Part shown: positions 35,961-45,108 of the stretch, piece after piece | Layout of the letters: the number at the start of each line of letters is the position of its first letter | Position numbering within the stretch: position 1 is the stretch's first letter | Source of the DNA: Candidatus Flemingiibacterium sp. | GTDB taxonomy: Bacteria; Bacillota; Clostridia; Oscillospirales; CAG-272 | DNA length: 64,000 bases | NCBI GenBank assembly: GCA_045632605.1 | Contig: JAZQXA010000097.1 | Coordinates: 18,020 to 82,019, forward strand | Reading direction: 5' to 3' | Program-made: the position numbers and the translations under genes | Notes under the pieces: generated by a model | Told to the model about the DNA's origin: nothing | Databases searched by the model: none | The model's input: the letters and a program-made list of their open reading frames with translations, nothing else

Positions 35961-36548
35961 ATGTACGAAATAAGAAGAAGAAAAAATGACATACGCGAAA
36001 AATTCAAGGCTCTGCGTGCGGCAATTCCGCCCGAGAAAAAAGCGCAGATGGATGAAAAGATATGTCAGAGCTTTATTTCACTTGCAACTTACCGATACGC
36101 CTCGGTACTCCTCATGTATGCTCCGAAGGGCGATGAGGTTGACGTGTTTCCTATAGCTCGGCGTGCGCTTGAAGACGGAAAACAAGTCGCTTTTCCGCGG
36201 TGCATACCCGAAACTCACGATATGGAATACCATTATGTGACATCGCTCGACCAGCTCAAAAAGGGAACATACGGACTGCTTGAACCAACTCCCGATCTCC
36301 CCATTTATGACCGTGCATCGACAGCTCCGTCTGCCTGCATTGTACCGGCGCTTGTTTACGACAAGGGCGGTTACAGACTCGGATACGGAAAAGGATATTA
36401 TGACCGGTATCTCGGCTCATACATCGGCTCGAAGGTCGGAATGATATACAGCGATTATATAATCGATTCACTGCCGCGCGGACGGTTCGATCTTTCGGTC
36501 GATTTTATTGCCACCGAAAAAGGAATCCGTGTTGTTGACAAAAAATAA
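35961..36548 (+). CDS. 5-formyltetrahydrofolate cyclo-ligase
   Basis: ORF 35820..36548 overlaps the previous gene, so I moved the start to ATG 35961 (MYEIRRRKNDIREKF). Family pattern: IREKF...R, GYRLGYGKGYYDRYL. Confidence 0.8.
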   Translation: MYEIRRRKNDIREKFKALRAAIPPEKKAQMDEKICQSFISLATYRYASVLLMYAPKGDEVDVFPIARRALEDGKQVAFPRCIPETHDMEYHYVTSLDQLKKGTYGLLEPTPDLPIYDRASTAPSACIVPALVYDKGGYRLGYGKGYYDRYLGSYIGSKVGMIYSDYIIDSLPRGRFDLSVDFIATEKGIRVVDKK

Positions 36549-36603
36549 TAAAGGAAGCGTTTTCGGGTGATTAATATATTTTCCGAAAAGCTATAATTTA
36601 ATA

Positions 36604-37515
36604 ATGAAGTTTAAATCTACCTTTATGGCACCGCTGCTCGTTACAGTGGTTATGCTGCTTCTGGCGGCATCACGCTATATCGACCTTGAAGTGCTGTCAT
36701 ATCAGGAGAATATCTGCCTTGCAGTGATTGTACTGCAGATAGTCATTCTCCTCGTGCCAAGTGCATTTTACGCCAAGCTTAAAGGTGAAGGCTATGTAAA
36801 AAAGCTGCGGCTTGCACCTTTCGGAATTGAGAAGATTCTTGTCACTCTGCTTGGCTCAGTAACGCTTATTCTGGGAGATTCTCTCCTCAAGCTTATCATC
36901 TATAATATAAGCGGCTACAGCAGTGACTATTCCGTTTATTCATATTATCTTAACGGGGCTGACCCGGGTGTATTGTATCTTTTAATTACATTTGCCGTGA
37001 TGCCTGCGATATGTGAAGAAATTCTGTTCCGCTCAATACTTTGTGCCGAATATGAGTCAAGCGGAATTGTAACGTCAATCATAGCTTCCTCTGCACTTTA
37101 CGGTATGTTCGGAATTGCGTTCGGTAATTTCCCGGTGTACTTTTTCGCAGGTATTATGTTTGCGGTGATTATGTATATGACCCGTTCTGTTTTTGCCTCG
37201 ATGTTTTGTCATCTGATATACGCTGTGTTCAATCTTGCGGCGGGCGATACGGTGCGCACCGTTATAACAAAGCCGCAGAGTACTGGATTCCTTATATTCG
37301 CACTCGGCAGTTTGTTTTTAGCTTGTCTTGCCGTATTTCTCGGCGAATGTGAGCGTGTATATTACGGCTATGCGTTGTCTGGAAAAAAAGCTGAATATGC
37401 CGATGCCTGTCCGAAATTTAATCTGAAAAAGTTTTCGGAAGCACTTCTTGCTCCCCCGTTTTTAGTGGCGGTACTCGTTTTCATCGTTGCCGCAATACAG
37501 TTTGGAATTTTATAA
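36604..37515 (+). CDS. CPBP family intramembrane glutamic endopeptidase (CAAX protease/Abi-like)
   Basis: 303 aa polytopic protein. Motif 1 is EEILFRS. The later motif FCHLIYAVFN carries the conserved His. Confidence 0.75.
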   Translation: MKFKSTFMAPLLVTVVMLLLAASRYIDLEVLSYQENICLAVIVLQIVILLVPSAFYAKLKGEGYVKKLRLAPFGIEKILVTLLGSVTLILGDSLLKLIIYNISGYSSDYSVYSYYLNGADPGVLYLLITFAVMPAICEEILFRSILCAEYESSGIVTSIIASSALYGMFGIAFGNFPVYFFAGIMFAVIMYMTRSVFASMFCHLIYAVFNLAAGDTVRTVITKPQSTGFLIFALGSLFLACLAVFLGECERVYYGYALSGKKAEYADACPKFNLKKFSEALLAPPFLVAVLVFIVAAIQFGIL

Positions 37516-37550
37516 ATATGTAACCGATTTCCTTGAAAGGATTTTCATAT

Positions 37551-39413
37551 ATGCAAGAAAACAAAGATAAGCGTTTGACGGATTTTGGTGACGATACGGT
37601 GGTTTTCACCCGTCAGCCGTCTGCAAGCAAGCCCTCGGCGGCTGATATGCAAAATACTGCCAAGCTTCAGGGCGGTGCAGTTATACGTCCGCTGAAATCG
37701 CAAACACCACAGCGACCGGCGCAAACTGTGCAAAAACAGCAGCCGGGACAAAAGCTTACACCGATGCAGGAGGCACAGCGTCGTCAGCAGCAGCTTCGTG
37801 AGCAGCAGGCAGCACAAAAGCCGTCTGTTTCAAACACTCAAAGAGCGCAAAAACAAAATATTCAGACTCCGGCTTTTGCTCAAGCTTCTGCTACCAGCCC
37901 GGCAAAAACTTTTGTTCAGCCGCAGATGGCACAAACGAAGCCGCAGGCTCGAACAGAACAGAAGCCGCCGGTGTCGCCGACGACAATACGTCCGATCCAG
38001 CCGGCAAGACCGAATACTGCCGCACAGAATAATATAGGACCGCGTGCTGCGATGCCGTCTGCGCCTCAAAATGCTTCAATTCAGCGCAGTATGTCTCCGA
38101 TTGCACCCAAAGGTCAGACTATACAGCGCCCGGTAAACGGTATCACTGCACCGAATCCTACACAGACGAGCGGAGTTAATTTCAAAAACAGTTCTTCTCC
38201 GATTCGTGGACGTAATACCCCGGCACAAAATAATCTTCCTGCTGTACCCCAGACAAAGAAACGTACGGAGGAAGACGATTTCGAAATTGATGAGGTCACA
38301 TGGAGCCGTAAATCAAAGTGGTTTTCGAGAGATAACGGTGCTTCCGACTCTGCGACAAGTGCGGTTATGAGCATCGTTAAGGCGATGGTGTATATTGTCG
38401 CCGTTATTGCGGTTGCTGTCGGACTTTCTGTGTTCATTATAAACACAGGAAACGATGTTTTTAAATTTGTTGTTGAAGAAAAGATGGTGACGGTTAACAT
38501 TCCTGAATATGCAACTATTGAGGATGTTTCCGATGCGCTCTACGATGCCGGTGCTATAAAATATAAGTGGGCATTCAATTTTTGGAGTAAGCTTAAGGAT
38601 TCGGGGGCGGAATTTATTCCCGGAACATATGAAATTTCCACATCGCTGAACTATGACTATCTGCGCGCTTCCTTTAAGGAGAGTACGGCAAAGGTTGAGG
38701 TTCGAATAACAATTCCCGAGGGCTTTACCGTTGACGAAATAATTAACCGCTTTGTTGAAAACGGAATCGGTACACGTGAGGGATTTGTTGACGCTATACA
38801 GAACTATGATTTCGACTACCGATTCCTTGAGGGACTTGAGGTAAGTCCGGATAGAATTTACCGGCTTGAGGGATATCTTTTCCCTGATACGTACGATTTC
38901 TATCAGGATTCGACCGAGGTTGCAGTACTCAAGAAGCTGCTTGATAACTTCGACAGAAAATTTGTTGACGAATATTACAACCGCTGTGTTGACCTCGGTA
39001 TGACCGTTGATGAAGCGATAACACTTGCTTCTATGGTCGAAAAGGAAACACGTTATGCTGATGAGCTTGGTTATGTTTCGTCTGTTTTCCATAACAGACT
39101 TAAGTATTCGGGGTCGTTCCCGTTCTTAAACTCGGATGCCACAATCATGTATGCTATGCAGCATGATCTCGGCGGACGTCCCGATAATATGTCGGGTGAT
39201 GATACAGGATATGAGACCCCTTATAACACCTATACCAATAAGGGATTACCACCCGGACCGATTGCTAACCCGGGTCTTAACTCAATAAAGTATGCTCTTT
39301 ATCCAAACGACAGTAATTATTTCTATTTTGTTTCCGACAGTGCAGGACGCATGCTCTTTGCGACAACGGAATCCGAGCATATAAAGAATATCAATACTGC
39401 TCGCGGTAATTGA
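37551..39413 (+). CDS. mltG: Endolytic murein transglycosylase MltG (YceG-like) with a long Gln/Pro-rich N-terminal region
   Basis: From ORF 37533 (TTG). I prefer ATG 37551, 9 nt after AAAGGA. One TM helix (VYIVAVIAVAVGLSVFII), then a YceG domain with LEGYLFPDTY and NTYTNKGLPPGPIANPG. Confidence 0.85.
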   Translation: MQENKDKRLTDFGDDTVVFTRQPSASKPSAADMQNTAKLQGGAVIRPLKSQTPQRPAQTVQKQQPGQKLTPMQEAQRRQQQLREQQAAQKPSVSNTQRAQKQNIQTPAFAQASATSPAKTFVQPQMAQTKPQARTEQKPPVSPTTIRPIQPARPNTAAQNNIGPRAAMPSAPQNASIQRSMSPIAPKGQTIQRPVNGITAPNPTQTSGVNFKNSSSPIRGRNTPAQNNLPAVPQTKKRTEEDDFEIDEVTWSRKSKWFSRDNGASDSATSAVMSIVKAMVYIVAVIAVAVGLSVFIINTGNDVFKFVVEEKMVTVNIPEYATIEDVSDALYDAGAIKYKWAFNFWSKLKDSGAEFIPGTYEISTSLNYDYLRASFKESTAKVEVRITIPEGFTVDEIINRFVENGIGTREGFVDAIQNYDFDYRFLEGLEVSPDRIYRLEGYLFPDTYDFYQDSTEVAVLKKLLDNFDRKFVDEYYNRCVDLGMTVDEAITLASMVEKETRYADELGYVSSVFHNRLKYSGSFPFLNSDATIMYAMQHDLGGRPDNMSGDDTGYETPYNTYTNKGLPPGPIANPGLNSIKYALYPNDSNYFYFVSDSAGRMLFATTESEHIKNINTARGN

Positions 39414-39423
39414 TAAATTAACA

Positions 39424-39452
39424 GAGCCGCAGTTTTTACTGCGGCTTATGCA
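39424..39452 (+). terminator. Weak intrinsic terminator after mltG
   Basis: Stem GCCGCAG pairs with CTGCGGC around a TTTTTA loop. The trailing T-tract is poor. Confidence 0.4.
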
Positions 39453-39480
39453 TTATATAATTATGTAAGAAAGGTTTAAT

Positions 39481-41394
39481 ATGAAACACGGATTTATAAA
39501 GGCTGCGGCAATATCACCGCGTGTTACGGTTGCTGACACAAGGGGAAATGCCGAAAAAATAATTGAGGCTTGTAATATTGCCGCCGGACGGGGCGTTAAG
39601 CTTGCGGTTTTTCCCGAGCTGTCGGTAACCGGTGCGACTTGCGGTGATTTATTTTTGAATGCAACGCTTTTGAACGGTGCGGAAAACGCTCTTTTTGAAA
39701 TTGCCGGTGCAACAGCTTCGCTTGATATGGCGATTGTTGTTGGCGCCCCCGTCAGACGTGAGGGAAAGCTCTACAACTGCGCTGTTGCAATGTATGCCGG
39801 AGAGATACTTGGTGTATCTCCAAAGAAAACCGTTTACAGTATTGCACAAATGCGTTCTTTTTCGTCTGCACCGGAAAAATGCGGCACGGTAAAGCTCGGG
39901 GAAATGTTTTATCCGTTCGGTGCGAATATGCTATTTTACTGCGAGGCGCTTCACGAATTTAACTTTGCGTGTGAGTTTGAGGACGGACTCTATCTTTGTG
40001 ACAGCATTTCCACCTCTCATGCCCGTGCAGGGGCGACTGTAATCTGCGTTTTAGGTTCATCCGGTGAAGCGATTGGAAAAGCAAAGTCACGCCGTATGCA
40101 AATGGCGGCACACTCTGCAATTACTCACAGTGCATTTGTCTGTGCCGGGGCAGGGTATGGTGAATCAACCACAGACTGCGTTTTCGGCGGGCATCATATA
40201 ATATACGAAAACGGAAAATTTCTTGCGGAATCCAAACCGTTTGAAAGGGAAGCTGGCGAGTGTTCAATTACCGTTTCGGATGTTGACGTTTCAATGCTGA
40301 CGGCAGAACGTATGAAGCATAGGGAATTTACACCGATTGAGGTTACGGCAGAGAATTATTACAGCTTATCGTTTGATATGCCGCTTGAGGATAATGCGCT
40401 TGACCGTAATATCAGTGCTTCTCCGTTTATACCGCAGGATGCAGATGAATGTTCACGCAGATGCGAGCTTGTGCTTGATATTCAGTCGCACGGGCTCTGT
40501 AAGCGTATTGAGCACACGAACGCCAGAACGGTGGTTCTCGGAATTTCGGGTGGACTTGATTCAACTCTTGCTTTGCTTGCTGCTGCACGTGCTATGGATA
40601 TTCTGAAGCGCCCGAGAACCGATATTATTGCTGTTACAATGCCGTGCTTCGGAACTACGAAAAGAACTCGTACAAATGCCGAGAAACTTTGCGAAAAGCT
40701 TGGTGTTACACTAAAAACTGTTGATATTAAAGAATCTGTTAAACTCCATTTTGCCGATATCGGTCACGACGAAAACAATCGGAATGCCGTTTACGAAAAT
40801 GCGCAGGCAAGGGAGCGTACGCAGGTTTTGATGGACATTGCAAACGCAGAAAACGGACTTGTAATCGGAACCGGAGATATGTCCGAGCTGGCACTCGGTT
40901 GGGCTACCTATAACGGCGACCATATGTCTATGTATGCTGTAAATGCGTCTGTTCCGAAAACCTTGGTGCGGAAGATTGTTGCGTATATCGCCGATAAGTG
41001 CGGCGACGGAGAGCTTGCGGACATTCTATATGATATAGTGGATACACCGGTAAGTCCCGAGCTTCTTCCACACGACAGCGATGGCGAAATTTCGCAGAAA
41101 ACCGAAGATCTCGTTGGACCTTATGAACTGCACGATTTCTATATGTATTGGTTCCTGCGGCACGGATTTTCGCCTGAAAAAATAGCATACATTGCGTGTC
41201 ATGCCTTTGAGGGAGTATACAGTGAGGAAACTGTGGAAAAATGGATGGATGTGTTCATGCGCAGATTTTTCAGCCAGCAATTCAAGCGTTCATGTCTGCC
41301 GGATTCACCGAAAATAGGTTCGGTAGGAGTGTCGCCGAGAGGGGAACTTGCTTTGCCGAGCGATGCCTCATCAGTGCTTTGGCGCGAATGGTAA
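39481..41394 (+). CDS. nadE: Glutamine-dependent NAD+ synthetase (nitrilase-like domain plus NAD synthetase domain)
   Basis: 637 aa. N-terminal CN-hydrolase region (KLAVFPELSVTG). C-terminal PP-loop GISGGLDST and GTGDMSELALGWATYNGD. Confidence 0.9.
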   Translation: MKHGFIKAAAISPRVTVADTRGNAEKIIEACNIAAGRGVKLAVFPELSVTGATCGDLFLNATLLNGAENALFEIAGATASLDMAIVVGAPVRREGKLYNCAVAMYAGEILGVSPKKTVYSIAQMRSFSSAPEKCGTVKLGEMFYPFGANMLFYCEALHEFNFACEFEDGLYLCDSISTSHARAGATVICVLGSSGEAIGKAKSRRMQMAAHSAITHSAFVCAGAGYGESTTDCVFGGHHIIYENGKFLAESKPFEREAGECSITVSDVDVSMLTAERMKHREFTPIEVTAENYYSLSFDMPLEDNALDRNISASPFIPQDADECSRRCELVLDIQSHGLCKRIEHTNARTVVLGISGGLDSTLALLAAARAMDILKRPRTDIIAVTMPCFGTTKRTRTNAEKLCEKLGVTLKTVDIKESVKLHFADIGHDENNRNAVYENAQARERTQVLMDIANAENGLVIGTGDMSELALGWATYNGDHMSMYAVNASVPKTLVRKIVAYIADKCGDGELADILYDIVDTPVSPELLPHDSDGEISQKTEDLVGPYELHDFYMYWFLRHGFSPEKIAYIACHAFEGVYSEETVEKWMDVFMRRFFSQQFKRSCLPDSPKIGSVGVSPRGELALPSDASSVLWREW

Positions 41395-41408
41395 AATTTA
41401 ATTACAGA

Positions 41409-41453
41409 ACAGCTGTACGGCCGAATGTTCGGTTGTACAGCTTAATATTTTTT
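41409..41453 (+). terminator. Strong intrinsic terminator after nadE
   Basis: Stem AGCTGTACGGCCGAA pairs with TTCGGTTGTACAGCT (two G-U pairs), followed by TAATATTTTTT. Confidence 0.85.
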
Positions 41454-41553
41454 GAAAAAAGTGATATTACAACAACGAAAAATCTCAAAAAGTACGATTA
41501 CAGCAGGAAAAATCTCTGCAAAAAAATATATGAAATAAATTTTCAAAAAACCA

Positions 41554-41582
41554 TTGACAAAACCGAACATTTGTGCTATAAT
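41554..41582 (+). promoter_or_regulatory. Consensus promoter of the orphan 111-aa gene
   Basis: TTGACA (41554-41559), 17-nt spacer, TGcTATAAT (hexamer 41577-41582). Confidence 0.75.
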
Positions 41583-41637
41583 TTATTCAACAAGAAAAAC
41601 CGAACAAATATTCGGTTGTAAAAACGGAGGATATAAC

Positions 41638-41973
41638 ATGACCGCAGCAGTAAGACAAACGGTAAAAGTATATACAGCAAATTTTGAGGGATGCACAAGC
41701 CGTGCAGGCTTTATTTTCAGACTTGCCCGTGCGATTTCAATCGATGCGGCAAGAGTGATAAAAGGTGAGGTGTGGCGTGCACTTTGTGAGCGTATTGCTT
41801 CGCTTGGTGCAGGAAATTCCCCGGTGCGTGTCCGCCTTGTCGGACTCGAAGACGCATATCCGTCGCTTACTCATGAATGCGAGTCGCTTTTGCGTATTCT
41901 TCGCACTGCACAAAGCAACTGCGATACTTTCAGTGCAGAGGCTATGGTCGGCGACAGAAGCTGGAAAATATAA
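41638..41973 (+). CDS. Hypothetical protein (111 aa), orphan
   Basis: ORF 41554..41973 begins inside the promoter, so I prefer ATG 41638, 7 nt after GGAGG (41626-41630). It has its own promoter and terminator. I recognise no motif. Confidence 0.6.
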   Translation: MTAAVRQTVKVYTANFEGCTSRAGFIFRLARAISIDAARVIKGEVWRALCERIASLGAGNSPVRVRLVGLEDAYPSLTHECESLLRILRTAQSNCDTFSAEAMVGDRSWKI

Positions 41974-42051
41974 ACACTTGTTCGGTGCTATCCAAGTTAA
42001 GTATCAGAATAATGCTTTGCAAAATTTGAAGTGTAGAAAAAAAGTTCTCGA

Positions 42052-42081
42052 ATACCCGTAAAATTTACGGGTATTTTTTTC
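42052..42081 (+). terminator. Intrinsic terminator after the orphan gene
   Basis: Stem ATACCCGTAAA pairs with TTTACGGGTAT, followed by TTTTTTT. Confidence 0.85.
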
Positions 42082-42090
42082 GTTTACTAC

Positions 42091-42119
42091 TTGAAAAATC
42101 CGCCAAAATGTGGTATACT
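42091..42119 (+). promoter_or_regulatory. Promoter of hprK
   Basis: TTGAAA (42091-42096), 17-nt spacer, TGgTATACT (hexamer 42114-42119). Confidence 0.65.
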
Positions 42120-42177
42120 GTAAAGAGATGTATTATATTTTGAAAGGAGATTCGGGGATAACCCCGAAATTCGATAT

Positions 42178-43122
42178 ATGTCAGACGTTTATACTGTTGA
42201 ATTGTCAAAAATAATTTCTGAATTTTCACTCGAGAAAATCTATATGCCGGATGACAGTGACAAGATTCTCGTTCATCTTATGGATGTCAATCGTCCTGGA
42301 CTTCAGCTCGCAGGTTTTTTTGACCATTATGAGTCACAGCGTATTCAGATTATTGGCAAGGTTGAACACAGATATCTTCATTCCCTCAGCGAAGATCAAC
42401 GCCGCAATGCAATTTTGGGCTTCCTTGAAAGCAAGCCGGTTGCGGTTGTGATTTCTTCTTCCCTTGAGGTTTATCCTGAGTTTGTTGAGCTCGGTGAATA
42501 TTTTGAGGTGCCGATACTTCGTACTGCGGATACAACGAGCACATTTATGGCGGCGTTGATTGCATTCCTCAATGTGCAGCTTGCGCCGAGGCTTACAAGA
42601 CACGGCGTTCTCGTTGAGGTTTACGGTGAGGGTGTTCTTATCCTCGGCGATTCCGGCGTTGGTAAATCAGAAACCGCTATCGAGCTTGTTAAGCGAGGTC
42701 ACCGTCTTATCGCAGATGATGCGGTTGAAATCAAGCGTGTTTCGGCGAAAACGCTTGTCGGCAGTGCGCCGGAAATTATACGCCACTATGTTGAGCTTCG
42801 CGGAATCGGAATTGTTGATGTTCGCCGTATTTTTGGTATGGGTGCTGTCAAGCTTACCGAGAAAATTGACATGATAATTAACCTTGAGCCGTGGGTTCAG
42901 GGCAAAATGTATGACCGCTTCGGACTTGAATGCGAATACACTGAAATTCTCGGAATCAAGATTCCGACAACAACAATTCCGGTTAAGCCGGGACGTAACC
43001 TTGCAATTATCCTCGAAATCGCCGCAATGAACAACCGTCAGAAAAAGATGGGATTCAATACGGCGGAGGAATTCAACAAAAAGCTTATGGGACAAATGGG
43101 TATTGAATCAAACGAATTTTAA
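42178..43122 (+). CDS. hprK: HPr(Ser) kinase/phosphorylase
   Basis: 314 aa. P-loop GDSGVGKSE, plus LIADDAVEI and VELRGIGIVDV, which are hallmark HprK blocks. Confidence 0.9.
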   Translation: MSDVYTVELSKIISEFSLEKIYMPDDSDKILVHLMDVNRPGLQLAGFFDHYESQRIQIIGKVEHRYLHSLSEDQRRNAILGFLESKPVAVVISSSLEVYPEFVELGEYFEVPILRTADTTSTFMAALIAFLNVQLAPRLTRHGVLVEVYGEGVLILGDSGVGKSETAIELVKRGHRLIADDAVEIKRVSAKTLVGSAPEIIRHYVELRGIGIVDVRRIFGMGAVKLTEKIDMIINLEPWVQGKMYDRFGLECEYTEILGIKIPTTTIPVKPGRNLAIILEIAAMNNRQKKMGFNTAEEFNKKLMGQMGIESNEF

Positions 43123-43145
43123 GTTGATTATAAGGAGAAACGAAT

Positions 43146-44045
43146 ATGACACTTGTTATTATGGCAGCCGGAATGGGTAGCCGCTACGGTGGACTCAAGC
43201 AGATTGACCCTATTACACCTCACGGCGAATTTATTGTCGATTTTTCAATCTACGATGCAATCCAGGCAGGATTTGATAAGGTCGTTTTCATCATCAAAAA
43301 AGAAAATTACGAAATTTTCCGCGAAACCGTTGGCGCACGAATTGAGGGCGCGATAAAGGTTGAATATGTATTCCAGTCACTTGAAGATATCCCGGAAGGA
43401 TTCACTGTTCCCGCGGGACGTGTTAAACCGTGGGGCACAGCTCATGCGGCACTTATGGCGGCTGATGCCGTAAATGAGCCGTTTGCTATTATAAATTCTG
43501 ACGACTTTTACGGCAGAGATGCATTCAAGCAACTTTATGCTCAAATGGCAAATGCAAAGGACAACGGTCATTTCGCTATGGCAGGTTATATACTCGAAAA
43601 TACGATTACCGAAAACGGTTATGTTTCACGCGGAATCTGTGACGTTGTTAACGGCTATCTCAAAAATGTTGTTGAGCGCACCAAGATTCAGGAAAACGAC
43701 GGTGTGGTTCAGTATTCGGAAAATGACGCTTGGTATGACCTCGACCGAAAGTCTGTGGTTTCGATGAACTGTTGGGCATTTACTCCCGATGTTTTCAAAA
43801 TGCTGCGCGATGGCTTTGTTGCATTTTTAAAGGATCTTCCCGAAGCAAAAGATCCGCTTAAGGCAGAGTATTTCCTGCCGTTCCTCGTTCAGAGCCGTAT
43901 TGATTCCGGGGAATGTGATGTTCGTGTTCTCGAAACGAGCGCGAAATGGTATGGCGTTACATATGCTGAAGATAAGCCGAAATTTGTTGAGTTTATCAAG
44001 TCGCAGACCGAAGCCGGCGTTTATCCCGACGGTCTTTGGAAATAA
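43146..44045 (+). CDS. Sugar-phosphate nucleotidyltransferase family protein
   Basis: 299 aa. N-terminal Gly-rich NTP-binding loop MAAGMGSRYGGLKQ. It sits immediately upstream of galE and galM, which suggests an NDP-hexose pyrophosphorylase role. That role is inferred. Confidence 0.65.
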   Translation: MTLVIMAAGMGSRYGGLKQIDPITPHGEFIVDFSIYDAIQAGFDKVVFIIKKENYEIFRETVGARIEGAIKVEYVFQSLEDIPEGFTVPAGRVKPWGTAHAALMAADAVNEPFAIINSDDFYGRDAFKQLYAQMANAKDNGHFAMAGYILENTITENGYVSRGICDVVNGYLKNVVERTKIQENDGVVQYSENDAWYDLDRKSVVSMNCWAFTPDVFKMLRDGFVAFLKDLPEAKDPLKAEYFLPFLVQSRIDSGECDVRVLETSAKWYGVTYAEDKPKFVEFIKSQTEAGVYPDGLWK

Positions 44046-44073
44046 TTTCAGTTTGTTAGATAGGAGATAAAAT

Positions 44074-45087
44074 ATGTCTATTTTAGTAACCGGCGGTGCC
44101 GGATTCATCGGCTCACACACTGTTGTTGAGCTTCTTAACATTGGCAAGGAGGTTGTCATTGCTGACAATTTCTGCAATTCTAAGCCTGTTGTTCTTGACC
44201 GTATCAGAAAGATTACGGGAAAGGATTTTAAGTTTTACAATGTTGATCTCTGTGACAAAAATGCGCTTGAGGTTGTGTTTGCATCTGAGAAGATTGATTC
44301 TGCAATTCACTTTGCAGGGCTCAAGGCTGTTGGCGAATCGTGTTCGATCCCGCTGCGCTACTATCAGAACAATCTCATCAGCACTCTTAATCTTTGCGAG
44401 CTGATGGCGAAATATAACTGCAAAAATCTTGTTTTCTCATCGTCCGCAACTGTTTACGGCAAGCCGGCTTCTGTACCGATTCGCGAGGACTTTCCGAATT
44501 CTGCAACAAATCCGTACGGTGAAACAAAGCTGATGATTGAGCATATTCTTAAAGATCTTTACCGTGCCGACTCCGAATGGAACACAGCAATTCTTCGTTA
44601 TTTCAATCCAATCGGTGCTCATGAATCCGGTATGATAGGTGAAGATCCGTCAGGAATCCCGAACAATCTCATGCCGTATATCACTCAGGTTGCTATTGGA
44701 AAGCGTGAATGTCTGTCCGTTTTCGGCGACGACTACGATACACATGACGGAACCGGTGTACGTGATTACATCCACGTTGTTGACCTTGCAAGAGCGCATC
44801 TTGCGGCTCTTTCGTGGCTTGAAAACAAGCCGGGACTCGACGTATTCAATGTCGGTACCGGACACGGATATTCGGTGCTTGATATTGTAAAGGCTTATGA
44901 GGCTGCTACGGGAAAGAAGATCAATTACAAGATCGCTCCGCGCCGCCCCGGCGATATTGACGAATGTTACGCAGACCCGACAAAGGCACGCGAGGTGCTC
45001 GGCTGGCAGGCAAAGCACGGTATTGAGGATATGTGCCGTGACAGCTCACGCTGGCAGACACTCAATCCGAACGGATACGATGAATAA
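44074..45087 (+). CDS. galE: UDP-glucose 4-epimerase
   Basis: 337 aa. Rossmann motif GGAGFIGSH, SSSATVYG, catalytic YxxxK (YGETKLM). Confidence 0.9.
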   Translation: MSILVTGGAGFIGSHTVVELLNIGKEVVIADNFCNSKPVVLDRIRKITGKDFKFYNVDLCDKNALEVVFASEKIDSAIHFAGLKAVGESCSIPLRYYQNNLISTLNLCELMAKYNCKNLVFSSSATVYGKPASVPIREDFPNSATNPYGETKLMIEHILKDLYRADSEWNTAILRYFNPIGAHESGMIGEDPSGIPNNLMPYITQVAIGKRECLSVFGDDYDTHDGTGVRDYIHVVDLARAHLAALSWLENKPGLDVFNVGTGHGYSVLDIVKAYEAATGKKINYKIAPRRPGDIDECYADPTKAREVLGWQAKHGIEDMCRDSSRWQTLNPNGYDE

Positions 45088-45108
45088 AATTTTTCAGAGG
45101 AATTTCAG

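Noticed and set aside
38313-39092. 259-aa minus-strand ORF inside mltG
   Set aside because: It is antisense to the conserved YceG domain, with no translation signals. I treat it as a shadow ORF.
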